A stretch of 64,000 nucleotides of DNA from Candidatus Bathyarchaeia archaeon (GTDB lineage Archaea; Thermoproteota; Bathyarchaeia; 40CM-2-53-6): contig JBEKVV010000001.1 in assembly GCA_049513715.1 (NCBI GenBank), positions 128,001 through 192,000 on the forward strand, written 5' to 3'. The position numbers were made by a program, and so were the translations under genes. Under the pieces are notes generated by a model that made no database searches, had not been told where the DNA came from, and worked only from the letters and a program-made list of their open reading frames with translations. This document shows positions 45,680 through 54,785 of this stretch, piece after piece (the first letter of the stretch is position 1; each line of letters starts with the position of its first letter).

Positions 45680-47005
45680 TTACGGCTTATGCCATATCCC
45701 TGAGGGTGGTTTGCCGCTCCAGTTCTTTTCGTGGCCGTACCTGTGCAAAGGTTTAGTCAAATGCCTGTGCGCCTTAGGTGTGGGAATATAAATTCCCGGT
45801 TGTAACGTTCTCCGTTGCCGAATGATTCGCTTCACGGCTTTGGGTTCTTTCAGATGGCATTTTTCACATCTGAACCCTTGCTTTTTCCCTGCCGATTTCA
45901 TGTGCTTGCCGCACCGTGAGCAGACGGGGTTTTCGATTTTGAGTTGTTCCGTTAGGCGGTCGACTCTAATCTTCTCCAGATTGACATTCAATGGCTGGTC
46001 GCTTTCGTTATTTCTCACTCCACCAAAAACTGTCACCTCGTCCCCTGCAATCAATTGTGCAATGATATTGCAGAGTCTGCCCGTCGGTTCGAATGCGGCA
46101 CACTGTATCGTCCCTTCATCGTAGTCTAGTGAAAAGAACACGTGCCCCCCACGAATCCTGTGAGGGTGTTTAGCTAAGACACCGTGCAGAATGATAGGAC
46201 GGTTTGGTTTAACTGTTGGGTGAATTGGGGTTTGAAGAAAGTGGTTTTCAGTTCCATGGTTTGTACGAAAGATGACCCACCGTTCCACGGGTTCTCTGAT
46301 TTTCAGTATTCGGAATGCGCGTTTGACGGCCTCTGGGTTTTCACCCCGCAAACCCAACAGAACGGGGTCAGGCCCGTGGGGTGTGATAAGCACTCGCTTG
46401 TTCTCTACGTCATAGTTGTTGAATGTTTCAGGGGATGTGAGGCGGTCCATTTTGCGGACTGATTTTTCGTCAACAAGCCTCCGCGTCCCCCAGTTCTTTC
46501 TGTCACGGTATGCCACAAGTTCGTAAGTGTGGTCGCCTGCAAGGGTTTGTCCAACGGCGGCCAGGGCTCCAATGAGGCCCAAGCTGGTTCCATATGCTGC
46601 AGCCTCCGCTCCGGATGACTTGAGGCAAATCATGGCATCGCGGCCGGTTAGGACATCCCACAACGCTCTCCGAGAAAGTTGCTTTATCGTGGCCGACGGT
46701 TCGCCTTTGACGAAGACTGCCGCAGGGTCCGTGCCTGGGTGGCCGAAATGGCTGTTGCGCTCAATTTCCTCGAGGACGGCTTCCAGGATTGGGTTGTAGA
46801 AGTGGCTCGGGATTTCAAGCCGCAGAGCTACGGCGGCGTTTCCCCGCGTCTTGTAAGGGATGTTGGGATTTAGGCGAATGATGTTGGGATAATCCGTGAA
46901 CTTGATTCCCATGTCCGAGAGCTTTTCGACCAAGCAGGCTGCAATGTAAGTGGTGCAGCCCCCCTTCGTCGAGTCTGTATCATCTATTCCTATGTTTAGT
47001 TGCAC
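45680..47005 (-). CDS. tiaS: tRNA(Ile2) agmatinylcytidine synthase
   Basis: GIDDTDS, GGCTTY, RLNPNIPYKTRGN, PHGPDPVL, GGHVFF, AAFEPTG, Zn ribbon, RHLTKP. Confidence 0.96.
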   Translation of the reverse strand: MQLNIGIDDTDSTKGGCTTYIAACLVEKLSDMGIKFTDYPNIIRLNPNIPYKTRGNAAVALRLEIPSHFYNPILEAVLEEIERNSHFGHPGTDPAAVFVKGEPSATIKQLSRRALWDVLTGRDAMICLKSSGAEAAAYGTSLGLIGALAAVGQTLAGDHTYELVAYRDRKNWGTRRLVDEKSVRKMDRLTSPETFNNYDVENKRVLITPHGPDPVLLGLRGENPEAVKRAFRILKIREPVERWVIFRTNHGTENHFLQTPIHPTVKPNRPIILHGVLAKHPHRIRGGHVFFSLDYDEGTIQCAAFEPTGRLCNIIAQLIAGDEVTVFGGVRNNESDQPLNVNLEKIRVDRLTEQLKIENPVCSRCGKHMKSAGKKQGFRCEKCHLKEPKAVKRIIRQRRTLQPGIYIPTPKAHRHLTKPLHRYGHEKNWSGKPPSGIWHKP

Positions 47006-47065
47006 AATTCTAGCCCAGTCGGCATTATCCTCGGCGAACCGACCAGTGCAAGTGGACTAAAGGGG

Positions 47066-47302
47066 TTAAGTTCCTTCCACGACAATCATCGTAAGGGTGG
47101 AGCGAACCTTGTCGAGCCTGCGGATCTTCCATGTCACAATTTCCTTCAGCTTGTCCATCGAGTCAGCTTCAACTTTTGCTACTATGTCGTAGACGCCGTA
47201 AACAACGTATGATTCCTTGACATTGCTGATCTTGCGTAGTTCGCCAGCTACTTCGTCCTCCGAGCCTATCTCTGCGTTTATCAGGACAACGGCTAATGGC
47301 AT
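47066..47302 (-). CDS. Stand-alone Lrp/AsnC ligand-binding domain protein
   Basis: VYGVYDIVAKVE...IRRLDKVRSTLTMI. Confidence 0.9.
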   Translation of the reverse strand: MPLAVVLINAEIGSEDEVAGELRKISNVKESYVVYGVYDIVAKVEADSMDKLKEIVTWKIRRLDKVRSTLTMIVVEGT

Positions 47303-47588
47303 TGGAAAGCCTCGACGTAAACCCATGTGCTTCGGGTAGTGCTAAAAAGATTTGCCTGCCTAGTTTTTCTGGTTGGGTCTTCGTGGTCTGGGTGAGTGCT
47401 GGTTGCGGTAGCCTGTGTTTTCTATGATTTCCCAGTGGCCTCCGGCCCTGTCTGAAGGAGCTGCCCCAAAAGCAGACCCGGCACGCCACCCGCACCCGAA
47501 AGTTAGAACTTCGAGGTCGTCCTGTGATTAGTTCTTTACTCGATAAAGGGCGTATTTCCACAGTTCTCTGGAACAGGAAGGTAGTGCG

Positions 47589-48290
47589 ATGAGATTGATT
47601 GGGTTAGTAGGTGGCACTGGCTGGGTTTCAACCGTTGAGTATTATCGCATTATGAATGAGGAGGTTAATCGTCGGCTTGGTGGGCTGCAATCTGCCTGGT
47701 GCGTTCTGTACTCATTCAATTATGCTGTAATTCATAAGTTGAATGAATCGTTCGATGCGGAAGGTCAAGGCACGTTGATGGTTGACGTAGCAAAAAAGTT
47801 GACCAGCATTGGTGCAGAGGGTATCATGCTCTGCGCTAACACTCTACATCAGTTCGCTGAGCGGGTAGAGAAGGAGATTTCTGTACCTTTGATTCACATC
47901 GCGACTGCCACAGCCAAGGAAATCAAGAAGCAGAATATCTCAACTGTTGGACTGCTGGGTACCAAATACACGATGGAGATGGATTTCTACAAGAACAGGC
48001 TGAACCGGGAAGGCATTGGAGTCCTTATTCCGAATGCTGACGAGAGAGAGTATATTCACAGTAAGGAAGTTAACGAGCTTCTCAAAGGCGTTTTCACGGA
48101 CGAGAGTAGAGCCGGATTCTTGAAGATCATGAATCGTCTTCATTCGGAAGGCGCTGAAGGCGTTATTTTGGGTTGCACCGAATTTCCACTACTTATCAGA
48201 TCGCAGGATACGACACTGCCTCTGTTCAATACATTGCGTATCCATGCTTTGGCAGGTGTAGATTTCGCTCTAGGGAACAATCATTCTTAG
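47589..48290 (+). CDS. Aspartate/glutamate racemase family protein
   Basis: IGLVGGTGWVSTVEYY, CANT, GLLGT, LGCTE. Confidence 0.93.
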   Translation: MRLIGLVGGTGWVSTVEYYRIMNEEVNRRLGGLQSAWCVLYSFNYAVIHKLNESFDAEGQGTLMVDVAKKLTSIGAEGIMLCANTLHQFAERVEKEISVPLIHIATATAKEIKKQNISTVGLLGTKYTMEMDFYKNRLNREGIGVLIPNADEREYIHSKEVNELLKGVFTDESRAGFLKIMNRLHSEGAEGVILGCTEFPLLIRSQDTTLPLFNTLRIHALAGVDFALGNNHS

Positions 48291-48508
48291 ATCCGTCTAA
48301 CAGCATTTCCAATCCAACAGTATGGATCTACAAATCTTTGAAGGGTGTGGTGGGTTCAGTGGTGATTCAGACGGACACTGGCGGATCCCAACTAATCTAG
48401 GCTCAGATATACGTGGCTACCCTAGACACGCCGCGAAAGCTGGACAGAAACGACTCTGCAAAAAGACTTGCCTAACGAGAAGTCGGACATGAAAAATGAT
48501 AGGAGCGG

Positions 48509-48811
48509 TTATTCGCCTTGCAGCAGCGGCTCATCTTCAACGTCGACAGCCTCGTCAATCACGGTGACTTTATCCACGGCCCAAAACCGCGATAATGGGC
48601 TTGATTCGAGGGCGCGTCGGATCTCTGCAGTCAGCTCGCCAGCCGGTAACTCATGCTGATCTGAGTCGACAACCAAAGTCACAAGGGCAACTCGAGGCAA
48701 GTTAGACACCGGCGCAAGTATGGCGTTATTGTCATTTACGGCTTTGCTTCCTCTACTACGAAATTCAGAGCAATTCCTTATGTTATGGTGGCCGGCATAT
48801 CCGGACATCAC
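48509..48811 (-). CDS. Small hypothetical protein; start uncertain
   Basis: C-terminal 60 aa have a protein-like beta-alpha-beta pattern (RVALVTLVV...EIRRALE...VDKVTVID). Confidence 0.45.
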   Translation of the reverse strand: MMSGYAGHHNIRNCSEFRSRGSKAVNDNNAILAPVSNLPRVALVTLVVDSDQHELPAGELTAEIRRALESSPLSRFWAVDKVTVIDEAVDVEDEPLLQGE

Positions 48812-48937
48812 TGCTCACGAACATTACAGCGTCACCTCGGCTCAGGGTACAGTTTTGCCGCACCAAATTCAACCGTTACTGCTCAAAACCCACAACCTTT
48901 ACCAGCCCCCTAAACTGACACAGCGGGGCAAGCTTCT

Positions 48938-50473
48938 TTGCTACGCCGCAGCGCAACCCTAACCTCTCTTGACATAGCGATACTCGACATGAACTCCGAG
49001 TACCTGGGCGTTTCGACACTTCAACTGATGGAGAACGCTGGGTGCGCGGTGGCGGACGAGATTATATCTCGATTCGGGAGGGGGAGTTCTGTTGTTGTTT
49101 ACGGCGCCACAGGCAAGAACGGCGGCGACGGGATGGTCGCCGCGAGACACCTGGCTGCGCAGGACTTCAAGGTAACCTTCCGACTTGTAGGCAACAGTGC
49201 CCTAATCTCCGACGACATTGTCTCGCGCAACTGGCTAGCTCTCAGGTCCATGTCCTCAACAGTCAAAATTGAGGAATACCATGACTCTTCAAACGTACCC
49301 AAATGTGAATCGGATGTGGTTGTTGATGCACTGCTTGGCACAGGTGCTAAGGGGAGACTTCGCCAACCGATCCTCAAGGGGGTCGAAGCTATCAACAGCA
49401 GCGCGGGCTTCAAGGTCGCAGTCGACGTTCCATCCGGAGTTGATTCCGACACAGGCGAAGTGCTAGGCGAGGCCGTGCGTGCAAACCTCACCGTGACTCT
49501 ACATGCCATGAAGAACGGGTTGTTGAGGGCGAAAGAGTTCTGTGGCGAAATCAAAGTTGCTGATATTGGGATTCCGCCGGAAGCAGCGCTGATAGCTGGG
49601 CCGGGAGATGTCGCAGCTGTTGCCATCCGCCGACTTCCGGAGGCACATAAAGGACAGTTCGGCCGCCTGCTAGTCATTGGAGGAAGCGAAATCTTCACGG
49701 GAGCGCCGTCCCTTGTCGCCCTCGCGGCCTACAGAACGGGCACTGACCTAGTCTTCATTGCAGCTCCAGAGAACACTGCAAACATAATTGCGTCAATTTC
49801 CCCAAATCTAATCACAATCAAACTCCCAGGTCCGAACCTGGCGATTTCACATTTCAGACTTCTGCGCGAACAGTTGGAGAATGCAAGCACCATTGCAATT
49901 GGGCCTGGGCTAGGATTAGCGAAGCCAACGATTTCGGCAGTCAGGAAAATCGTGGGTTACGCGTATCAAGCAAAGAAACCGCTCCTGCTGGACGCTGACG
50001 GTTTGAAAGCTCTCGGCGTCATAAGAAAGCAAATCTTCCTCCCCACAACCGTCGTGACGCCCCATGGAGGCGAATTCCAAGCCATAACCGGCAAAGCCGC
50101 ATCACGAGACCTGAACACTCGCTCAAAAGAAGTGAGGGAGTTCGCGGCAAGAAGTGGGGCTATCGTGCTGCTGAAGGGACACACTGACATAATCTCTGAT
50201 GGTGACCGCTTGAAATTGAACAACACCGGAAACCCAGGCATGACGGTGGGAGGAACCGGAGACGTCCTCTCCGGCATTGTTGCCGGTCTAATGGCGCAAG
50301 GCGTTGACCCGTTCAGGGCGGCTGTCGCAGGCGCCTTTGTAAACGGGGCAGCAGGAGACATCGCTGCCGACGTGCTCGGGTACCATTTGACCCCAACTGA
50401 TCTCCTAGAACACATCCCTAAGGTGTTTAACGACCCGATGAGCTACAAAGTCATTCGTGAGAAACGACTGTGA
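48938..50473 (+). CDS. nnr: Bifunctional NAD(P)H-hydrate epimerase/dehydratase
   Basis: LMENAG, GKNGGDG, DALLGTG, DVPSG, HKGQFG, GPGLG, TPHGGEF, GGTGDVL. Confidence 0.95.
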   Translation: MLRRSATLTSLDIAILDMNSEYLGVSTLQLMENAGCAVADEIISRFGRGSSVVVYGATGKNGGDGMVAARHLAAQDFKVTFRLVGNSALISDDIVSRNWLALRSMSSTVKIEEYHDSSNVPKCESDVVVDALLGTGAKGRLRQPILKGVEAINSSAGFKVAVDVPSGVDSDTGEVLGEAVRANLTVTLHAMKNGLLRAKEFCGEIKVADIGIPPEAALIAGPGDVAAVAIRRLPEAHKGQFGRLLVIGGSEIFTGAPSLVALAAYRTGTDLVFIAAPENTANIIASISPNLITIKLPGPNLAISHFRLLREQLENASTIAIGPGLGLAKPTISAVRKIVGYAYQAKKPLLLDADGLKALGVIRKQIFLPTTVVTPHGGEFQAITGKAASRDLNTRSKEVREFAARSGAIVLLKGHTDIISDGDRLKLNNTGNPGMTVGGTGDVLSGIVAGLMAQGVDPFRAAVAGAFVNGAAGDIAADVLGYHLTPTDLLEHIPKVFNDPMSYKVIREKRL

Positions 50474-51019
50474 ATGTATTCCGGGTCAACCTTGCAAGAC
50501 GAATCGGGTGTCAACAAGCCGAAAGTGTACGTGCTTCTTCTAAAACAGGATGACCCGCGAAAATGCACAGCCTCTAAACTCGTCAGATTGAAACTAGCAA
50601 CGCCCCTACACCGACTTCGCCAAGTCCCACGTAGGTCATTGGTCCTCGACCCCACAGCTTCAAGGGTTCTCCTTCGGAGCGATACAGCCGCCTGTATGAG
50701 CTACGGGATAGTGGTCGTTGACTGTTCTTGGGAGAAGGCAGACAGAGTCTTCGCGATCCGTCTGCCCGGTCAGGGGAGGCGGCTCCCTACCTTGCTGGCA
50801 GCAAATCCGGTGAATTACGGGAAGCCGCACAAACTCTCGTCCGTCGAGGCCTTGGCGGCCTCACTTTACATAACAGGGTTCAAAGAAATGGCGGCAAAGT
50901 TACTCGCATCGTTCAAGTGGGGAGGAACTTTCCTGACATTGAATCATCAACCCCTCGAAGCTTACTCTTCAGTTGACACGCCTGAGGAAATGTTCCACGC
51001 TGAAGCTCAATTCTTCTAA
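50474..51019 (+). CDS. tsr3: SSU rRNA aminocarboxypropyltransferase
   Basis: DDPRKCTA, DCSW, RRLPTLLAANPVNYG, LSSVEA, FKWG..FL.LN. Confidence 0.95.
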   Translation: MYSGSTLQDESGVNKPKVYVLLLKQDDPRKCTASKLVRLKLATPLHRLRQVPRRSLVLDPTASRVLLRSDTAACMSYGIVVVDCSWEKADRVFAIRLPGQGRRLPTLLAANPVNYGKPHKLSSVEALAASLYITGFKEMAAKLLASFKWGGTFLTLNHQPLEAYSSVDTPEEMFHAEAQFF

Positions 51020-51167
51020 ACTGATTCTCCTTCCGCCGGGGAGCCTATGTGGGAATACACATTGATACTTCGGCTCAATTCTGTCAGTGATTTTGCGTGG
51101 CACATACAGTGACATCCAAATCTGGTCAGATGTCGCAACGGTCAACCCTTGCCTCAAGTGAATATGC

Positions 51168-51485
51168 TCATGGCGGAGAATGCTGTTCGAGTTTTGCACA
51201 CAGCCTCCTCGCTATAGTTCTTTCAATGGTCTTGCCACTTTTGCCGAATGTGCGTTCAAGAACCAGGAGGAAGTCATTCAGGCGCCCGGGTATTTCGGTC
51301 CTTGTCATGTAGTAGTGCGATTCAATGTGATCGTAGAATGCGTCCCTAACCCGCTGCCCCAGGAGGTCAACTAAGACTTCATCTAGTGACTCCAGGAACA
51401 GATAATTGATGCTTTTTCCATCGAAACTCGTAACCTTGATGGAAAAAAGGTCTCGAAGTAAAGGAACCGTTTTCTGTTCGTTCAA
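51168..51485 (-). CDS. DUF3227/NitrOD5-like small helical protein
   Basis: ESLDEVL..LLG...IP.RL..F...LE..FG.SG..IE..I.R.L; paralogous to 61616 and 62350. Confidence 0.7.
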   Translation of the reverse strand: MNEQKTVPLLRDLFSIKVTSFDGKSINYLFLESLDEVLVDLLGQRVRDAFYDHIESHYYMTRTEIPGRLNDFLLVLERTFGKSGKTIERTIARRLCAKLEQHSPP

Positions 51486-51551
51486 ACTCAGATTTGTCCT
51501 CCCGTAGGCGTTTTGAGGCCAATTCGCGCATCAGAATCTAAGTTGCAGCTT

Positions 51552-52436
51552 TCACCCAAGTCTGGCAATGCTGACTCCCCTTTTTTCGTAAACCAGTTGA
51601 TTGTTGAATAGGCCTCTTAGGCTGGCAACGTCCTTCGGATCGTGAGCAGACGGATTGAAGAGGAAGAGCGCGGTTATGCGTGGGTCGTTTAGGGTCTGAA
51701 GCGAGTCCTTAGCAAACTTGTACATGCCTTTGTACGCGTTTGTCTCGGATTGTTCCGCTAAAGCAAGGTCGGTGAGGCTATCAAAGACGAGGCTTATTGG
51801 TCCTCGAGAATACTCGTTTAACGTTTTTTGGAAGCCGTTGTCGACGTCGACATTAATGATGTGAATTTCATTGTCGTCCTGAAGGGCTTGACGAACACTG
51901 CTTCCTGTCTGGGTTGTTACGATAACCGTATCTCCGAGGAAGGCGCATTCCAAGGCGAAATCTCTGACTACTCTACCGTAATCCGTCCTGGGATCAATCT
52001 CAAGGAGAATCTTCTTGCCCAAAAGCCTGCTGTGTTCAATCCCCAATTGCCTCGAGAACTTCCAACTCCTAGTTTCGTTTAGGCATCTTCTCGTCTCTGT
52101 CAACAATCCGGAGTTGGTGAATGGTTTAGTGAGGTGCGCCTCCGCTCCCGCTTCCGTGCTCAACTCTCTATCGACGTTTCGGCCAAGGGCGCTTAGTACG
52201 ATGACGGGGACGTTTTTGGTTTTAGACTGAGATTTGAGGATCTTGCAGACCTCTAACCCACTCTTTCCGGGCATGAGAAGATCAAGTAGAACGAGGTCTG
52301 GAATTTCGACTTCGGCGAGATTGAGCGCCTCATCCCCTCCGAATGCTGTGAGGACTTGGAATCCTTCTGTCTCCAAGATCAGCTTCAGCAAATTGACAAT
52401 GTCGGATTCGTCGTCGACAACGAGTATCTTATCCAT
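51552..52436 (-). CDS. Response regulator: REC plus inactive KaiC-like (DUF835-like) output domain
   Basis: ILVVDDE, LLDLLMP, LSA, TKPF; C-terminal LVFDSLTDL...LRGLFNN with no Walker A. Confidence 0.85.
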   Translation of the reverse strand: MDKILVVDDESDIVNLLKLILETEGFQVLTAFGGDEALNLAEVEIPDLVLLDLLMPGKSGLEVCKILKSQSKTKNVPVIVLSALGRNVDRELSTEAGAEAHLTKPFTNSGLLTETRRCLNETRSWKFSRQLGIEHSRLLGKKILLEIDPRTDYGRVVRDFALECAFLGDTVIVTTQTGSSVRQALQDDNEIHIINVDVDNGFQKTLNEYSRGPISLVFDSLTDLALAEQSETNAYKGMYKFAKDSLQTLNDPRITALFLFNPSAHDPKDVASLRGLFNNQLVYEKRGVSIARLG

Positions 52437-53694
52437 GGACTTTCATCCACTCCTCTTTTTGCTTTGGCAAGGTAAACGCGAAAGTAGCTCCTCTTCCTCT
52501 ACCCGGTGAAGTGACCCAAATCCTCCCGTTGTGAGCTTCAACGATTTGTTTTGTTAGACTCAGACCCAGACCTGTGCCGCTAAAATAAGTTGACTTCTCG
52601 ATCACCGCGAAGGGCTCAAAAACACGTTCGAAATCCTTCTCATCTAGCCCAATTCCAGTGTCTACGATGTAAACTGTTATTGTGCCATCTTCTCCTTCTT
52701 CAGCGCGAACACTGATTTCTCCTTTTTCTGGTGTGAACTTGGTTGCGTTATTTAGGAGATTGATCAGTGCTCCGATCAACCTCAGTCGATCACCCTTGAT
52801 AGGGAAATCGCTTGGTGGGAATTCAAAGTGAATCACCTGATTTTTCTCTTTGACCAACGGTTGCATTTCTTCAATGCATTGCAGTAGTATTTCTCGCAGA
52901 CTGAAGGTCTCAATCTTTAGCTCAAATCGTCCAGCTTCGATGCGCTGGATGTCCAGAAGGTCTTCTGTTAGCGCGAGTACTCGATCCGTGTTACGGCGTA
53001 CGATCTCAACTTTCGATTTGATACCGTCGGGTAGAATTGGCTCCTTTGTTAAGATGTAATCAACGTAGCCTTTGATGGATACAAGAGGAGTTCTGAGTTC
53101 ATGCGTAAAGGCTGAGATGAATCGGTCCTTCATGGTCTCAAGTCTTTTGTGCTCAGTAATTCCCCGCACAATGGCGTTGATTCCATGAGTTTCTACCATA
53201 ACGCCGTCTATGTGTGCGATGGTCCCGTCTGGATTTAGAACTGCCTTGGGATAATCCCGCACCCAAGCAGTGCCACCGTTTCTTTGGCGTAGTTCGGATT
53301 CAGCAAACACGCTACCGCTACGAAGCTTTTCGAGGTGTTCTTCACGGTCGTTCTTATTTTCGTAGATCTCGTTCAAATTGACATTCTTAAGATTCTGTAC
53401 GTCCTCGTAACCGAGAATTTCTGCGAGTTTTTTGTTTGCCTCAAGAATCTTCCCATCAAAGGTGGCCCGATAGATTCCGACCGGCAAGCCGTCGAGCAAA
53501 GAGACGTAGTTTTCATTGTGTTTTCTCAATCTCTCAATCATTCCTTTCTCAATTGTCGAAGTCTTAGAGAGGATGACACTGCACGCCACGAAGACCGCAA
53601 GGATGGCAAATACTGTGAGATCAACCCTTGCGTATATTGCCCAGATAGTCAGAACACCAATGGCTAAGACTATTAGCGAACGGGGATTCAGCAA
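52429..53694 (-). CDS. Membrane PAS-domain histidine kinase
   Basis: 2 TM, PAS, HELRTPL, NLLNNATKF, DTGIG, GTGLGL; overlaps the response regulator. Confidence 0.95.
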   Translation of the reverse strand: MLNPRSLIVLAIGVLTIWAIYARVDLTVFAILAVFVACSVILSKTSTIEKGMIERLRKHNENYVSLLDGLPVGIYRATFDGKILEANKKLAEILGYEDVQNLKNVNLNEIYENKNDREEHLEKLRSGSVFAESELRQRNGGTAWVRDYPKAVLNPDGTIAHIDGVMVETHGINAIVRGITEHKRLETMKDRFISAFTHELRTPLVSIKGYVDYILTKEPILPDGIKSKVEIVRRNTDRVLALTEDLLDIQRIEAGRFELKIETFSLREILLQCIEEMQPLVKEKNQVIHFEFPPSDFPIKGDRLRLIGALINLLNNATKFTPEKGEISVRAEEGEDGTITVYIVDTGIGLDEKDFERVFEPFAVIEKSTYFSGTGLGLSLTKQIVEAHNGRIWVTSPGRGRGATFAFTLPKQKEEWMKVHG

Positions 53695-53787
53695 AAGCGT
53701 CTCACACTCCGCTGACCATACACCTGTCTTTTCAAACTGGGTTTGAGAGAGTACATCGAGATTTCTTCCATCACTTGATCTATCTTG

Positions 53788-53943
53788 CTACTTTGCTAGG
53801 TGAGCATCAGTTTGAGATGAGTGTCTGTTGTAGGTGTTGATGAGCTTGCAGATTATGCCATCGTAGGTCTCGCCTTTTTTTCCCAAATCATCAAGTTTTC
53901 GCTTTGTTTCATTTCTAACCTGAATCGTCTTAGTCTCGCTCAA
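53788..53943 (-). CDS. 51-aa ribbon-helix-helix-like protein (not in ORF track)
   Basis: MSETKTIQVRNETKRKLDDLGKKGETYDGIICKLI... Confidence 0.8.
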   Translation of the reverse strand: MSETKTIQVRNETKRKLDDLGKKGETYDGIICKLINTYNRHSSQTDAHLAK

Positions 53944-54237
53944 ACCTGCTACCTGTGACTATAGCCGCTGCAGTTGCTGTAAATTGTGCTGTTACTACTC
54001 TGAGAAACGTACAGTGACATGTTCGGCATGAGTTCAGTAGACTTGGCTCTATGTGAATGAGGGATTTCGCGTCACCATTAGGGTCACAAATGGGAACACG
54101 ATTTCAGATGATCTCGTATGTGTTGAAGGCATTGGGCGCGAAGTAATTGCTACTGGGTTGTTACTGTTGCTGTTCCTTGGGGGTAACAGCGGGAATTAGA
54201 GGCCACGCGTGGTACCTGTTACGATTGTAGAGGGACA

Positions 54238-54408
54238 TTGGACCAGATCAAGACCATCCAAGTTAAGGACGAGACGAAACGTAAACTCGTCAAGCTTGGA
54301 AGTAAAGGCGATACATACGACGACATAATCCGCAAACTCATTCACAGTCATCTGAGATTGACAAAGCTGATTCAGCGACCAGGGAACACGCTTGATCCTT
54401 GGAAGTAA
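54238..54408 (+). CDS. 56-aa ribbon-helix-helix-like protein, paralog of 53788-53943 (not in ORF track)
   Basis: MDQIKTIQVKDETKRKLVKLGSKGDTYDDIIRKLI... Confidence 0.8.
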   Translation: MDQIKTIQVKDETKRKLVKLGSKGDTYDDIIRKLIHSHLRLTKLIQRPGNTLDPWK

Positions 54409-54512
54409 GGGATGATTTATGTCAGCACGTTCAGGCCTCGATTCTACGAAGCTTCAAGGTTGAACACCTATTGGTAGTTTCCACAAAACTAGAAAATTCC
54501 AGCCTAGGTAAA

Positions 54513-54785
54513 ATGAACCTTATTAGGGAACCTGGGATAAATTACGTGTGCGCAGAATGTGGTGCCTTGCTCTATCACAGTGGGAATGACGGAGCCTACG
54601 AGGGTGGGGCAGTGAGCTTTCCCTCCAAGCGACCAGCCGAGGTCGCAAACAGACTCTTACAGTGCCCTCAATGCGGCCACAAACTCAATTCTGACCCAGA
54701 TCCGGATTCTATTCGAATTAACAGGAAGATCCCTAGACCATCAGCGTCTTGTGGAACCGGAATGCTAGAAGGACCCCAGGTCTAA
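54513..54785 (+). CDS. Small zinc-ribbon protein
   Basis: YVCAECG...CPQCGHKL. Confidence 0.65.
   Translation: MNLIREPGINYVCAECGALLYHSGNDGAYEGGAVSFPSKRPAEVANRLLQCPQCGHKLNSDPDPDSIRINRKIPRPSASCGTGMLEGPQV

Noticed and set aside
47340..47520. c-di-AMP or cobalamin riboswitch
   Set aside because: Only fragments match (TTTTGGGG, GCCACTGGGAA); the remaining conserved cores are missing.
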